A stretch of 61,595 nt of DNA, filler included, from Callorhinchus milii (taxonomy: Eukaryota), in NCBI RefSeq assembly GCF_018977255.1. It is 3 parts of 3 records of this genome, joined end to end, with 100 filler letters (N's around TTAATTAATTAA, not from the genome) between each part and the next. Parts side by side here need not be neighbours in the genome. Positions count along the whole stretch, not along the records: positions 15,502 to 33,293 come from NW_024705995.1; positions 33,394 to 61,595 come from NW_024705675.1; 1 more part is not named here. One strand, written 5' to 3'. The notes under the pieces were generated by a model. The model had not been told where the DNA came from and did not search any database. It was given only the letters and a program-made list of their open reading frames with translations. Numbering within the stretch: position 1 is the first letter of the stretch; every line of letters starts with the position of its first letter. Position numbers and translations under genes: made by a program. Below are positions 24,961-36,875 of the stretch, piece by piece.

Positions 24961-25484
24961 AATCTTATCTTTCCCGGTTGTGAGTAGTGTGTGTAAATTC
25001 AAGCGGTAATTTTTGATGTTTTTCTTCTTATTGAAACATCACATAAGCACATGCACGCGTGGCGAGGATGCCAAGAAAGCTGGACTTTTGAAGTTATTTA
25101 TGTGAATATAGCATTGTTATATTTAACAATAGTAACAGTAAAATGCATTGCATTCGTGCATTTGATAAAGCGCCATTTCTCGCAATCGAAACACTTAAAA
25201 TCGCTTCAGAGAATAGGCTGTATACTAATTAACTGTATATTTGGTGGTTGAAACACAGCAGCCAATTGATCACATAGTGTTTCACTGGATAGAGTGTGCA
25301 ATTTATTATTAATATTATTATTTTGTAGGAATTATTACGCCTCGAAAATCGATTCGCCAATAGAACAACAACCGGGTTCCTACTTTTACTGCTCGGCAAA
25401 CAGATTTTCGTGCGTGTGGAATACGGAAACGTGCATAATGCGAGGCAAATCCTCTCTCCACTGAGCTACAGGACGCCACATGGC

Positions 25485-25523
25485 AGTTTTTGTAGGGAGG
25501 AATCGCTCATCTGTGCCACTGTG
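25485..25523 (-). other. 23-RSS of V10
   Basis: CACAGTG + 23 nt + ACAAAAACT. Confidence 0.95.
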
Positions 25524-26379
25524 GGGCTCAGTGCACAGTAATACCCCGCGGAGTCTATAACTCTCACTTGTAGTATATTCATGTGAACCGTTGTCTCCGC
25601 TTGAGACACATTCGTTGAGAAACGTTCTTTTGCAAAGTCTGCATGTTGCTGCTTGTTATTTCTGATGTACGCATTAAGGATATATTCTGGAGCTTTATTG
25701 GCATAATGACGGTACCAGAACAGATATGTATCGCTGCCGCTTGTAGCTGTGTAGTTACACTGCAGATAAACAGCCTCTCCTTCATTCACTGTCACAGCAG
25801 ATTGGAGCTGTGTCACAGAATCTCCTCCACAATATCCTGGGAACAAGACAGAAATCAGCGTTCAATACAATAAGAACGTTAATAATAATACTATTACCTC
25901 TATGTGATACAACGACTCATCGTGTCTTCGAAACATTAAAAATTACTTCACGGAAAACACATTAATTGTATTTCTTGGGACAATGCAGCACCCATTTATG
26001 CAGCAGCACACAAGCAGTCTTGGTTTGATTGAATGAATCGTGAAGAAAATCGTAGGGATTCTCCTACCATGAAAATCCATTCGCAAATTCACTTACAACG
26101 GATTCCTACAGCTATTGAAACAGAGTCGTGTGTTCGTAGTAACCAAATTCACCTGAGGTTTCACCCTGACCACGAATCAAACCCAGGTCCTCTCTCTTGC
26201 TATGCGAGTGCTATATCAACTGAGCTACAGGACGCTGTAACCGCACAAGTCCTGTAGTGTTTTGCTTATCTCATACAATAAAATAGGCGTTGGACAATAT
26301 TTGCGGGATACAGACTTGTTGATTGAGATGATGGCTTACCTGACAAGATAACGATGGCAGCTGCCACGAAGATATACAT
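25524..26379 (-). CDS. TCR V segment V10 (family B), the only intact family-B member here
   Basis: Leader 26379-26340 (MYIFVAAAIVILS/G), V exon 25836-25524 with LQCNY, WYRH and DSAGYYCALS. Confidence 0.93.
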
Positions 26380-28148
26380 TGTCATATGTATTTAATGGCA
26401 ACGGGCGTTGAGAGAGCGTTGAAGGCGTAGTTGGAGAATGTTGGCTGGAGGAGCAAGTAATATACAGTGATGAGCTGAATAAGAAATGATATACAAAGTT
26501 GCCATATCCTGTGAAGGAGCAGGACTGAGGGTCACGTACAAACCTTGTGCCTTTCTCGTTGCTCGTCATCTTCTCTGCGCTGCCATCTCGATTCTCCATT
26601 GGTTCTCTTCCATCACTGACGTGACTCTGTGGAGCCGAGTTTCTGACACATGGAGCAAGTTACACCCTCCTTAAGTTCCTCCAATGCTTGTACATGAGTT
26701 CCACTTTTGTGTTCCCTTGAAGGACTCATCCTGATTAGTTAACTTTTCATGTCACGAGGCGGAGACTGGCCAAGAAACAAGACTAGGGGCAGGTAAATCT
26801 CTGTTGGATACATTTTGATCATGTAAATATTAATTTTTTCCATTACTCATGTCCAAGCTTGGTTATGCCAACTGACCTTTGGCAGGATAATCCCTCCCGT
26901 CCCTTCACAAGCTGCAAATTTTGCACATCTCTGCTTCTGTAGTGACAATAATCAGTGCATTTGATGTAGTTCCTTCTCACGTTACTGCGACGTCTCATAG
27001 CGCTTCTCAATTTATGCATTAAACTGTAGTGACTGTTTATTTTGTGGACTAAATGCGGCAGCCCATGTGCACGTAGGTTTGTCTCACAAAGAGTGCAAGA
27101 TGCGGTGCGCACATTTGAAAAACTAGTCCGGTTAACGGGGATAACAACTTCTCAAACGATTTTCGCTGAACCGCGACTGTTGTGTGAAATTGGTTCCCGA
27201 GTTTCGCCCATAGAATTCACAGTCACGACACATTATACTGTATTATCTGCAGTGCTGTGAGGCATCGCGGAGACGAGATGAAGCGTGTATCAAATGTCAA
27301 GAATTATTGTGATATAGATGGTTAAAACGAGGTCGGACGTTGTATTAAGTGGAAGCCCCTGAGTGTGTGCAGGCGGCTGGATACTTTCTGCCAGTTACTG
27401 TGTTGTGCGATTTATTTCGCGGAATGATCCTTCATACATAATCATATATTTTTGTTAAACTGGTGTCTGACATATGTGGAAACCATTTCCATGCATATGA
27501 TTATCCAAACCCATCTTTGAGTTACAGTAAAAGCGCTTGTAAATAACATAACGATTTATCACTTGTCCGAGTCGACTGTACGGTCTTCAGAGGGTACCGT
27601 GTAAAGTGCATCGACAGTGTATTTTGTGAACAACACCTGGCAGCCAAGTTCATACTGCAGGTCTCACAAATAGTCTTTAATCGAGTGATCCATTTTGTTG
27701 ATGGATTATTACACCCGAAAAAGAGATCATCCAAACTACTGTCAAACGGGTTCCTATGTCCGGCTCAGTAAACCAATAAAAGTAATAATAAACTTCGTAT
27801 TTAATATAGTGCTTTATCACGTATTCGATGATACATAGCATTTGGTAGTTTGTACCGTGGAGTGAATTGACTGCTTGTGTTATGGGCAAGATATCACAGC
27901 CATTTGCGCGCAGCAAATGTGGATTGAAACAGTTGTGGATTGAAAATTTTTCTCTATATATAGGAATTATTACCATCGGAAAAGCGATCCGTCAATCAAC
28001 CAACAACCATATTCCGACTTACTGCTGGATAAAGAGACGCATGTGGAGTAACGAAACTTGACCAACATTTTAACCTGCCCGGTATTGAACCCAATGACCT
28101 CGCTCGCGAGGCAAATGTTCAAACCATTGAGCTACAGTAAACATAGAA

Positions 28149-28187
28149 TGCTTTGGTACAGATCCCTCTTAGACACGGAGCACTGTG
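28149..28187 (-). other. 23-RSS of V11 with degenerate nonamer
   Basis: CACAGTG + 23 nt + ACCAAAGCA. Confidence 0.85.
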
Positions 28188-28646
28188 CTCGCCGCACAGA
28201 AGTAAGTGGCGGTGTTTGACACTCGCAAGTCTTGGATTCTTAGAGTGCAGTTTCTCTGTCTTGTATTAGCCAAAGCTCTTATCCTGTCCTTCACATCGAT
28301 CTCTCTTGTTCCCAAAACCAAGAACCGGATGGAGCCGTTTCCATGTTGCGTGTACCAATGAAAGGTTGGGTCGGACACAGTGGTGTTGCACTCCATAGAT
28401 ACGTTTCCATTTTCATTCCCTGTCACGGCCTGAGGTGACTGTGAAACACCAATTTCAGCCAAGACACCTGGAAAGAAAGCAGAAATGAACACACTTGCAA
28501 AGGAATTAGGAAAGTGTCTGCCGCGATAAGCTGTAATTATTTAGCAGGTGAAAAAGAATTTGTTTATCCAAATTCGTACACTACTTACACAAAAACTTAA
28601 TTGTTAAATTCCAAATAATATACGTTGTGCTGAAAATCTGCTTCAT
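28188..28646 (-). CDS. TCR V segment V11 (family A), open reading frame
   Basis: Leader 28646-28589, V exon 28467-28188; NTATYFC in place of DTATYFC. Confidence 0.9.
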
Positions 28647-29324
28647 TCTCGACTCACTTCGATTCACGTCAATATATCTGGATGAATTGCAACCAGAAAT
28701 CGTCTAAAGTCAGCGTCTGGTGGATAAACGTTTGTTCACTTGAGAGGTTGACTCTTATCCCCGCGTCAATACTTTGTCTTTGTTCATTGCTGGAGATGTA
28801 TTGCGACTCCTCCTATCGTTTATGTTCAGATTCCCTTCGCCTCGCAGTGGCAAACCTTAACGTTTGAAAGAGACAGTATAGAGGGAGCCAGTTGCAAAGA
28901 CGGAAGCAAAGCTACAGTTAAAAATAACAATAATCCTTGCATTTGTTGTAACGCCTTATCAGATCGTTGAGACGACTCAAAGTGCTTCTCAGAACATAAT
29001 GTAAAGTTAATTGACTACACAATTTGTGGACGCAGAACTGCAGATAACTACCGACAGAGGTGCCCCACACATACTTGGCTTCTTTTCTGTGAGCCACGTG
29101 TGGGACGGGTTGTGACGCTGTGTAAGTTAACAGAATGTTGATTGAATTAGATTTTGGCCTTACGTTCATTTTGATGTAGATTCATGTCCTACTGACATGA
29201 AAGGCTCTGTGCCAATGATTATTATCCTGCTTTTTGGGGAGTGGGAGGAGGGTATTGGTCGGAGTTCAATGGCTCCAAGTTATTGTTCTGCTTATACACT
29301 GCCCCTTTTGCCCCTCCACACAAA

Positions 29325-29735
29325 GCCTCAGTCTCACCCTCTGTGTTTCTCGCTCTCCCACACAGTGTGTCCATCACATTCAGTTTCTCTCTCACACACG
29401 GTCTCTCACACTGTCTCTAAAATACTCTCAGACACTCTGCCTCCCACACACTCTCTGACACACTCCCTCTCACACTCACTGTCTCACACAAACTCTCTCT
29501 CACACTCACTGTCTCTCACACACTCTCTCACAGAATGTCTCTCATACACTCTCACATATTATGTCTCTCACAATGTCTCTCACTCTGAGTTTCTCATACT
29601 CTGAGTTGATCTCTCTCCACCTGTATCATTCACACGCATCTCTCACACACAATGTCTGTCATGCTTTCTCTCCCTCTTTGTCACTCTCACTCTTATCTCT
29701 CACATTAACATTCTCTCTCACACACTGTGTCTCTC
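29325..29735 (+). repeat. (CA/CT)-rich low-complexity tract
   Basis: Repeated CTCTCACAC/TCTCTCACACA words. Confidence 0.85.
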
Positions 29736-31054
29736 AAAATCTCAGAATCGGGTGACATGATATATTGAGGTCCAGTTTGTGTTGTGTTCAGAACAGTTGT
29801 GAAAGATTCCGCAACACTTTAGGGGAAAGAGAAAGAGTTTCACCATGTAATAAATTCCAGACCAACTCAATTCAAGCTGTATGAAAGGGTTAATGTTGGA
29901 CATGGTGCAAATCGCAAAGGCTGATGTGTATCTGAACCACTGTCATGGTGTTGGCTTTGTAACGTTGCCGGATATAAAGCACAAACCACAGAAACCTTCC
30001 TGTAAAAGGGCTCAAACATTCAACTGCAAATGGATAAGAAATAATTAGAAATACAGGAATTTTTTAGGAAAGATTTTTCTCTGTATTACTCTGGACAGTA
30101 AATCTGCTTTGAATTTCCAATCTACTTTTTTAATAATAATCCTTGCCTTTGATCTCGCGCCTCAACACACCATCGTGGTTCAGAGAATTATTCAATATTT
30201 CAGACAAGACGTTATTGAGAATCAAACTGCACTTATGCCAGAAAACCAGAAGGTCGCACATGAAGCATACAACCTTAATCAGTAGATTGAGCAAAACTTG
30301 TCACTAACAGCTTTACTTTCTACCGCACATTCATTCCCTGATCAGAACCATTTTTTTCCACTTCCATCACATTGTTCGCTTGAATCCTTACCTCACACCC
30401 CACAGCAGCTAAAATACTCCCACGCCTCCATCACTTCCCAGCTAGTCTATTCCAAGGCGCTCCTCGCTGGTTCCCCCAGCTTTACAATACACAAAATACT
30501 TTTAAAACAAAATTACTCTGCCCAGTTTGGACTAGTTTTGAAACAGAGCTCAGCTCAGCAATAGAGAAGGAGAGAGTTGGTGAGTGTTTGTGAGAAAGAT
30601 GTTGTGAAGATATAGGGGAAAGAAAAGGGAGTTGCTCCAGATGTTATTGTCCAGACCAGCTCAATTCAAGCCGTATGAAAGGTTTAATATTGGACATGGT
30701 GTCAAATGACGAAGGCTATCGAACAGCTGAACCAGTGTCATGATTCCTTGTTAGCAGATTTGCCACATACAAAGCACATCCCACGCAAACCTCTCTGCAA
30801 AAAGGGCTCAAACATTTAACTGCAATAGGAAGATAAGCAACGAAACCCAACCGCAGAACATCTGGAGAGGAAATTTGCCGTTACATTTCTCTGGACAGAA
30901 ACCCAATTTGAATCTCCAAGCTTTTTAACAACAATAATAATCCTTACATTTTATATAGCGCCTTATCAACTCTAATGTATTGTGTAGTGACTGTATGATT
31001 TATTGGCGAAACACGGCATTATTATTCTACATGAATAATTCTGTGGGACGTCGT

Positions 31055-33293
31055 TGTGTGTGTGTGTTTCCAGCCTGGCTCAGTGTGTGTGTGTGTGTGT
31101 CCAGCCTGGCTCAGTGTGTGTGCGTGTGTCCAGCCTGGCTCAGTGTGTGTGTGTGTGTCCAGCCTGGCTCAGTGTGTGTGTGTGTGTCCAGCCTGGCTCA
31201 GTGTGTGTGTGTGTGTGTCCAGCCTGGCCAGTGTGTGTGGTGTCCAGCTGGTGTGTGTGTGTGTCCAGCCTGGCTCAGTGTGTTGTGTGTGTGTCCAGCC
31301 TGGCTCAGTGTGTGTGCGTGTGTCCAGCCTGGCTCAGTGTTTATGTGTGTGTCCAGCCTGGCTCAGCGTGTGTGTGTGAGTGTTCAGCCTGGCTCAGTGC
31401 GTGTATGTTTGTCTAGCATGGTTTAGTGTGTGTGTCAGCCTGGCTCCATTGGGTGTGTGTGTCCAGCTTGTCTGTGTGTATATTTGTGTGAGTATGTGCC
31501 CAGCCTGGCTCAGTGTGTGCGTGTGTCCAGCCTGGCTGTGTGTGTTTCTGTGTATTTCCAGCCTGGCTCAGTGTATGTTTGTGCGTGTGTGTGCGTGTCC
31601 AGCCTGGCTGGGTGTGTGTGTTTGTGAGTGTTTGTCCAGCCTGTCTGTGTGTATATTTTTGTGAGTGTGTGTATCCAGCCTGACTCGGTGTGTTAGTGTG
31701 CATGTGCCCAGCCTGGCTCAGTGTGTTTACATGTGCCCAGCCTGGCTCAGTGTTTGTGTGTGTCCAGCCTGGCTCAGTGTGTGTACATGTGCCCAGCCTG
31801 GCTCAGTGTGTGTACATGTGCCCAGCCTGGCTCAGTGTGTGTACATGTGCCCAGCCTGGCTCAGTGGTTGTGTGTTTCCAGCCTGGCTCTGTGTGTGTAT
31901 GTGCCCAGCCTGGCTCAGTGGTTGTGTGTTTCCAGCCTGGCTGTTTGTCTGTTTGTGTATGTGTTCAGCGTGGCTGGATTTCTGTGTGTGTGTCCAGCCT
32001 TTCAATGTGTACATTTCTGTCTGTGTAATGTGTGTGTTCAGCCTGGCTCAGTGTTTGCGTTTGTCCAGCCTGGCTGTATGTATGTTTGCTTGTGTGTTTG
32101 TATCGAACTTGGCTCAGAGTGTGTGTGTGTGAATGTGTGTGTGCATATTCCCAGCAGTATGTGTGCATGTGTCCAACCTGCCTCAGTGTTTGTGTGTTTC
32201 CAGCCTGGCTGTGTGTGTATTTGTGTGTATCCAACCTGACTGTGTGCTTGTTTGTGTGTGTTCATCCTGGGAATTGTATGTTTGTGTGTATGTGTGTGTG
32301 TGCGTGTGTCCAGCCTGGCTCAGTGTGTGCGTGTATCCAGACAGGCTCAGTGTTTGTGTGTGTCCAGCTTGGCTTTGTGTATTTGTGTGTCCAGCCTGGT
32401 TGTGTGTGTGTTGTGTGTGTGTGTTCCAGCCTGGCACAGTATGTGCGTGTATCCAGCGGCTCAGTGTTGTGTGTGTCCACCTGGCTCAGTGTTTTTGTGT
32501 GTCCACCTGGCTGTGTGTTGTTTTGTGTGTGTTTAGCCTGTGTAAGTTGTGGTGTATCCAGCCTGGCTCAGTGTGTGTGTCTGAGTGTGTGTGTGTGTGC
32601 ATGTGCCCAGTCTGGCTCAATGTGCGTGCGTGTGTCCAACCTCGCTCAGTGTTTGTGTGTGTGCAGCCTGGCTGTGTGTGTGCTTGTGTCTGTTCATCCT
32701 GGGTCAGTGTATGTTTGTGTGTGTGTGTGTGTTGTGCGTGAATCCAGCCTGGCTCAGTGTGTGCGTGTATGCAGCCTGGCTCAGTGTTTCTGTGTGTCCA
32801 GCCTGGCTGTGTGTATATGTGTGTGCGTGTCCAGCCTGCCTCGTTGTGTGTGCGTGTACGTGCCTGGCCTGGCTCAATGTGTGTGCATGTGTCGAGACTG
32901 GCTCAGTGTTTGCGCATGTATCTAGCCTGGCTCAGTGTGTGCATGTGTCCAGTCTGGCTCAGTGTTTGTGTGTATGTCCAGCCTGGCTTTGTGATTGTGT
33001 GTGTGTCCAGACTGGCTCAGTATGTGTGTGTGTGTGTGTGAGTCAAGCCTGGCTCAGTGTGTGTGTTCAGTCTGATTCAAATTGCGTGTGTGTGTCCAGC
33101 CAGTCTGTGCGTATATTTGTGTGTGTGTGTGTCTGTTCGAGCCTGGCTGTGTGTATGTTTGTGTGTGTTTTCAGCCTGGCTTTGTGCAAGTTTGTGTGTT
33201 TAGCCAACTTTGGCTCAGTGTGTGTGTGTCTGTATGTGTGTGCATGTGCCCAGCCTGGCTCAATGTGTGTCAATGTTCGAGCCTTGGCTCAGT
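31055..33293 (+). repeat. CCAGCCTGGCTCA(GT)n minisatellite, about 25-30 bp unit
   Basis: Dozens of CCAGCCTGGCTCAG cores separated by variable (GT)n; runs into a gap. Confidence 0.95.
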
Positions 33294-33393
33294 NNNNNNN
33301 NNNNNNNNNNNNNNNNNNNNNNNNNNNNNNNNNNNNNTTAATTAATTAANNNNNNNNNNNNNNNNNNNNNNNNNNNNNNNNNNNNNNNNNNNN
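33294..33393. other. Assembly gap with TTAATTAATTAA linker
   Basis: 44 N + linker + 44 N. Confidence 0.97.
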
Positions 33394-33429
33394 GAGCTTG
33401 TCTGAGTCGCTGTGCCTGGTGTATACTGG

Positions 33430-33660
33430 TTGTGGGCGGTGTTTAATGGCTGGTGTTTAGTGGCTCCTGTCGAGTAGTTCTGGTTCGTGTTTAATGGCTG
33501 GTGTTCAGCCCTTGTGGCCGGCGTTTAGTGGCTGTGGCCGCCGTTTAGTGGCTGAGGCTGGTTTTAGTGGCGTGGCTCCTGCTCAGTGACTATGACTGTG
33601 GTTAGTGGCTGTTGGTGGTGTTTAGTTTCGGTGACTGGTGCTTAGTGGCTGCTAACTGTT
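33430..33660 (+). repeat. Degenerate GTTTAGTGGCT short repeat
   Basis: Multiple GTTTA(A/G)TGGCT words. Confidence 0.7.
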
Positions 33661-33692
33661 GTTTATTATATTTTCCGAAATCGATCCACAAC

Positions 33693-33910
33693 GCAGCTTG
33701 AGATGAGCAGACAGTTTGAGATGACCTGACAGTTTGAGATGACCGGACAGATTGAGATGACCAGACAGACTGAGATGAACAGACAGCTTGAGATGACCAA
33801 ACAGCTTCAGATGAAATGACATTTAGGGATAACCTGACAGCTTGAGATGACCAGACTGCTGGACATGAACTGACGGATTGCGATGACTTAGCAGCTTGAG
33901 ATGACCAGCT
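33693..33910 (+). repeat. 18-bp tandem repeat (GACAGCTTGAGATGACCA-like)
   Basis: Six regular copies at 33693-33810, then degenerate copies. Confidence 0.85.
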
Positions 33911-35499
33911 GCAGCTGCTGTTGTTGCTGCTGTGGCAGGTGTGAAGGCAAATGACATACGAAAGGTCAGGCTGTGGGCTCCGGGTGTGAGGGCCGGAAGA
34001 TAATCACTGACTGACTGCACGCAATGACAGCTGCTTCCTGACTATTGTGCACTGAGTTTCCTTCCCACCTGAAGTTAGCCTAAGTCTTCCTGTCAAGCCG
34101 GTTTCCACAGTTAGCCGAGGAAAAAGGCTTTACCATGAAAATAAGCAACTTGTTTAGCATTTTGTACATAAACTGCTTTTCAGCTTAAGCTGTTCTATAA
34201 AATCTGCAAACAATCTTTTTCTGTGAACTCGGTGTCTTCAATTGTGGGTAAGAAAATGAATTCCAAATCAATATAACAATATAGCGAGACATAGGACTTG
34301 CCACCATTCATGTGGGTTGCTAAATAAAGGCATTAATTTACTTTTTATCTAAGATTACTGATGTGTTGAAACCGGCTTATCTCTCCGGGGAATAACAGGC
34401 CATATCACAAGTTGAGTGTAAGGCTATATGATTATTTTCAGGATAATGAGTCTGTTTATCTCTGCTTCATTACACCACTGATGTAGTTTCTGAGTTACAA
34501 TTCATGTGTTAATTGGAACATGAACATCAAACAGTCAAGGAGAACAACATATTGTGTCTGATGAGAGTCCATTTTATACACTCCTCCTCGTTATTGTCAC
34601 CTGCAGGTATTCAGGAGTTCATAATCCTTGTAGTTGGCATAACCCTATCTCAAAGTGCTTCATATAAAAAAACTCTAAGGTGATCAGACTGTATATTTTG
34701 TGGGTGAAACGCTGCAGCCAATTGTGCGTTGCAATGTCCACCAAACACTTGTGGATTCTTTGACCAAATTATCAATGTTTTTTGAAAGGATTCAGAGCCA
34801 GATTAGAGTGATCCGTCAATCAAATAAAAACCGTGTTCCTACTTACTCCGAGTTAGAGGAATGCGTCACTGGTATTACATCTAATCCAAATTTCACGTCG
34901 CATTTATTTATTTTCACTTTTCCCCTCAGTTTCTTCTCTGCTTGTCCTTTAGGAGTGTGACAGTCCTCATATTTCACTTGGTTACCATTACAGCAGCAGC
35001 CGTCTCCATGTGGCTTCTCACCACAAGTGATCAATTCACGCCCGACTTGAAAGCGTTAGCCACCAATGAAAAGATTCACAATCACTACACTATTTCATCT
35101 CCAATCAAGGTTATGATTTCAATAAATATGGGGACTGAAAGTAGTGACGAATTCGACCAGATGTGTCCCAAATGCTGAGTTTCTACATATTTTCCATGCG
35201 ACCAAAGATAAATATTTTGAGGAGTTGCCCAAGGACGATCACTCTATGTGAGGAAATCGAGAGCAAATAGTAGGTGTAAGATAAAAAACATACTCACAAG
35301 GAACAAAACAGAAGCAGTTACTAAAATGGCAAGGAACATAACAGGGTTTTATAAACATATACCCAGAAAAACGGCGGTGGAGAAAACAATGCCATTTATG
35401 TCATCGTGTACAAAAGGGACATGAGAAGACATAAAAATAAGCGACAATCATCTGCTGCAGTTCAGAACCTCTTCAAATATAGAAAATACTCAATATTTT

Positions 35500-35760
35500 A
35501 CATGAGAACATATACGTTTCGGTAGGCAATTCAGGACCTCGAGACTGTTCTTATTCTTTAACAACAAAGCAGATCTATACCTGAAGTCCAAATAACCGCC
35601 TTTGCCACATATTCTTTGATGTGCTTTTTTCAAATATCTATCCATCTCATCCATCTCAGTCCCGAAAAAATGAAATGGATCCACTACTCACATCCCTTTG
35701 GGGCAGAGTTCCAGATTTCCACCACCATTTGTCCATTGACTCCTAAATAGCCTCGGTCTA
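35500..35760 (-). mobile_element. Degenerate CR1-like LINE 3' fragment
   Basis: Broken VVEIWNSAP..EMDRYL..ICGKGG remnant resembling the CR1 ORF2 C-terminus. Confidence 0.45.
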
Positions 35761-36194
35761 ATTCAGATGTTGCTCCTTGTTCTGGATTGCACAACGAGAG
35801 GATACAATCTACATTTTCGGCCACAACATACTGTTCTGAAGTGCTGTGTGATGCTGTGAAGCGCATTGATCCATTTTATTGTCCTGATACGGCATTGTAT
35901 CCATTGTAATTTTTATATTAAATACATAGGCATTGATAGACGAAAGAGGGCCAATGACTGTCGACTCTATGCCTCCAACATCCAGGCAATGGAATGACGT
36001 GTAATATTCCAAATAAAATATTACATTCCCAGATATTATTTCCTAAAAGTAATCCAACTAACTTGCTTTTAATAGAGCAAAACTTTCTGCTTTCACCATC
36101 ATCCCAGGGACACTTTTCCACATATTTATCACACACTACCTGAAATATTGTACCTTTCAACACAAAGGTAAATTTTTTGATCTGTATAAGTCAG

Positions 36195-36280
36195 AGGGAA
36201 TGTGACACGTGACTCCCCTCAGTCCTGGAGCTATTGGTAGATTCTCAAACACATGCCCCACTGGACCTTGTTATATATCG
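36195..36280 (+). promoter_or_regulatory. Candidate promoter of the IgH-like V (TGTGACACGTGAC E-box/CRE-like element and TATA-like TTATATAT)
   Basis: TGTGACACGTGAC at 36201-36213 and TTATATAT at 36271-36278; no ATGCAAAT octamer seen in the roughly 200 bp upstream of the ATG. Confidence 0.4.
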
Positions 36281-36368
36281 GTCACTGTGGACTGAAGCCA
36301 TCTGTCCGGCAGCTCTCTGTCCCTCGGTTATTCGGCTCAAGTCTCAGTTCTGACAAGTGCCCAGAAAC

Positions 36369-36836
36369 ATGAGGACCCTGATTTCTCTCAGTGTGTTGCT
36401 GGCTGTCTTCTCCCGTGAGTGCTATTATTCTGACAGTCTCACTGTTCCTGTGTCGGTGTTATTCTCTCTGCAAATTCTCAGAGACAGGAGATTACACACT
36501 CATTAATCTTTGACCGTTTATCCTTGACAGGTGTCCAGGCAGATTTGGTTCTGAAACAGCCGCCGTATCTAACCGGGAAAACCGGCCAGGCCCTGAGACT
36601 GACCTGTGAATCCAGCGGGTTTATTCTCAACATAACACACATGTCCTGGTACCGGCAGCTTCCCGGGAAGCAGCAGGAAAATCTGCTCCAGTATGAAGGC
36701 TCATCCATCAAGTCATTCGGGTCCGGGTTTGAAAACCGTGTCACTGTCATCAGAGAAGATTCCCAAAGCATCTTCGATCTGATCATCAAATGCCCGACAG
36801 TGCACGACACCTCCACCTATTACTGTGAAATTAAGA
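36369..36836 (+). CDS. IgH-like V segment (NAR-TCR-type single-domain V candidate)
   Basis: Leader 36369-36414 MRTLISLSVLLAVFS/R resembles shark VH leaders. V exon 36531-36836: VQADLVLKQP..LRLTCESSGF..MSWYRQLPGKQQENLLQY..DTSTYYC. Trp-to-Cys spacing is VH-like (60 residues inclusive); extra Cys at 36791-36793. Confidence 0.88.
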
Positions 36837-36875
36837 CACAGTGAGAGGAAACGGGGCTGAACTCCTACAAATACA
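36837..36875 (+). other. 23-RSS of the IgH-like V
   Basis: CACAGTG + 23 nt + ACAAATACA. Confidence 0.93.

Noticed and set aside
30980-33349. Cys/Val-rich ORFs (CVCPAWLS repeats)
   Set aside because: These are translations of a (GT)n-containing minisatellite.
34942-35178. ORF with a hydrophobic stretch resembling a transmembrane exon
   Set aside because: It lacks the Ig (conserved CART-type) or TCR (charged Lys/Arg) TM signature, and the phase-1 frame after the nearest AG stops immediately.
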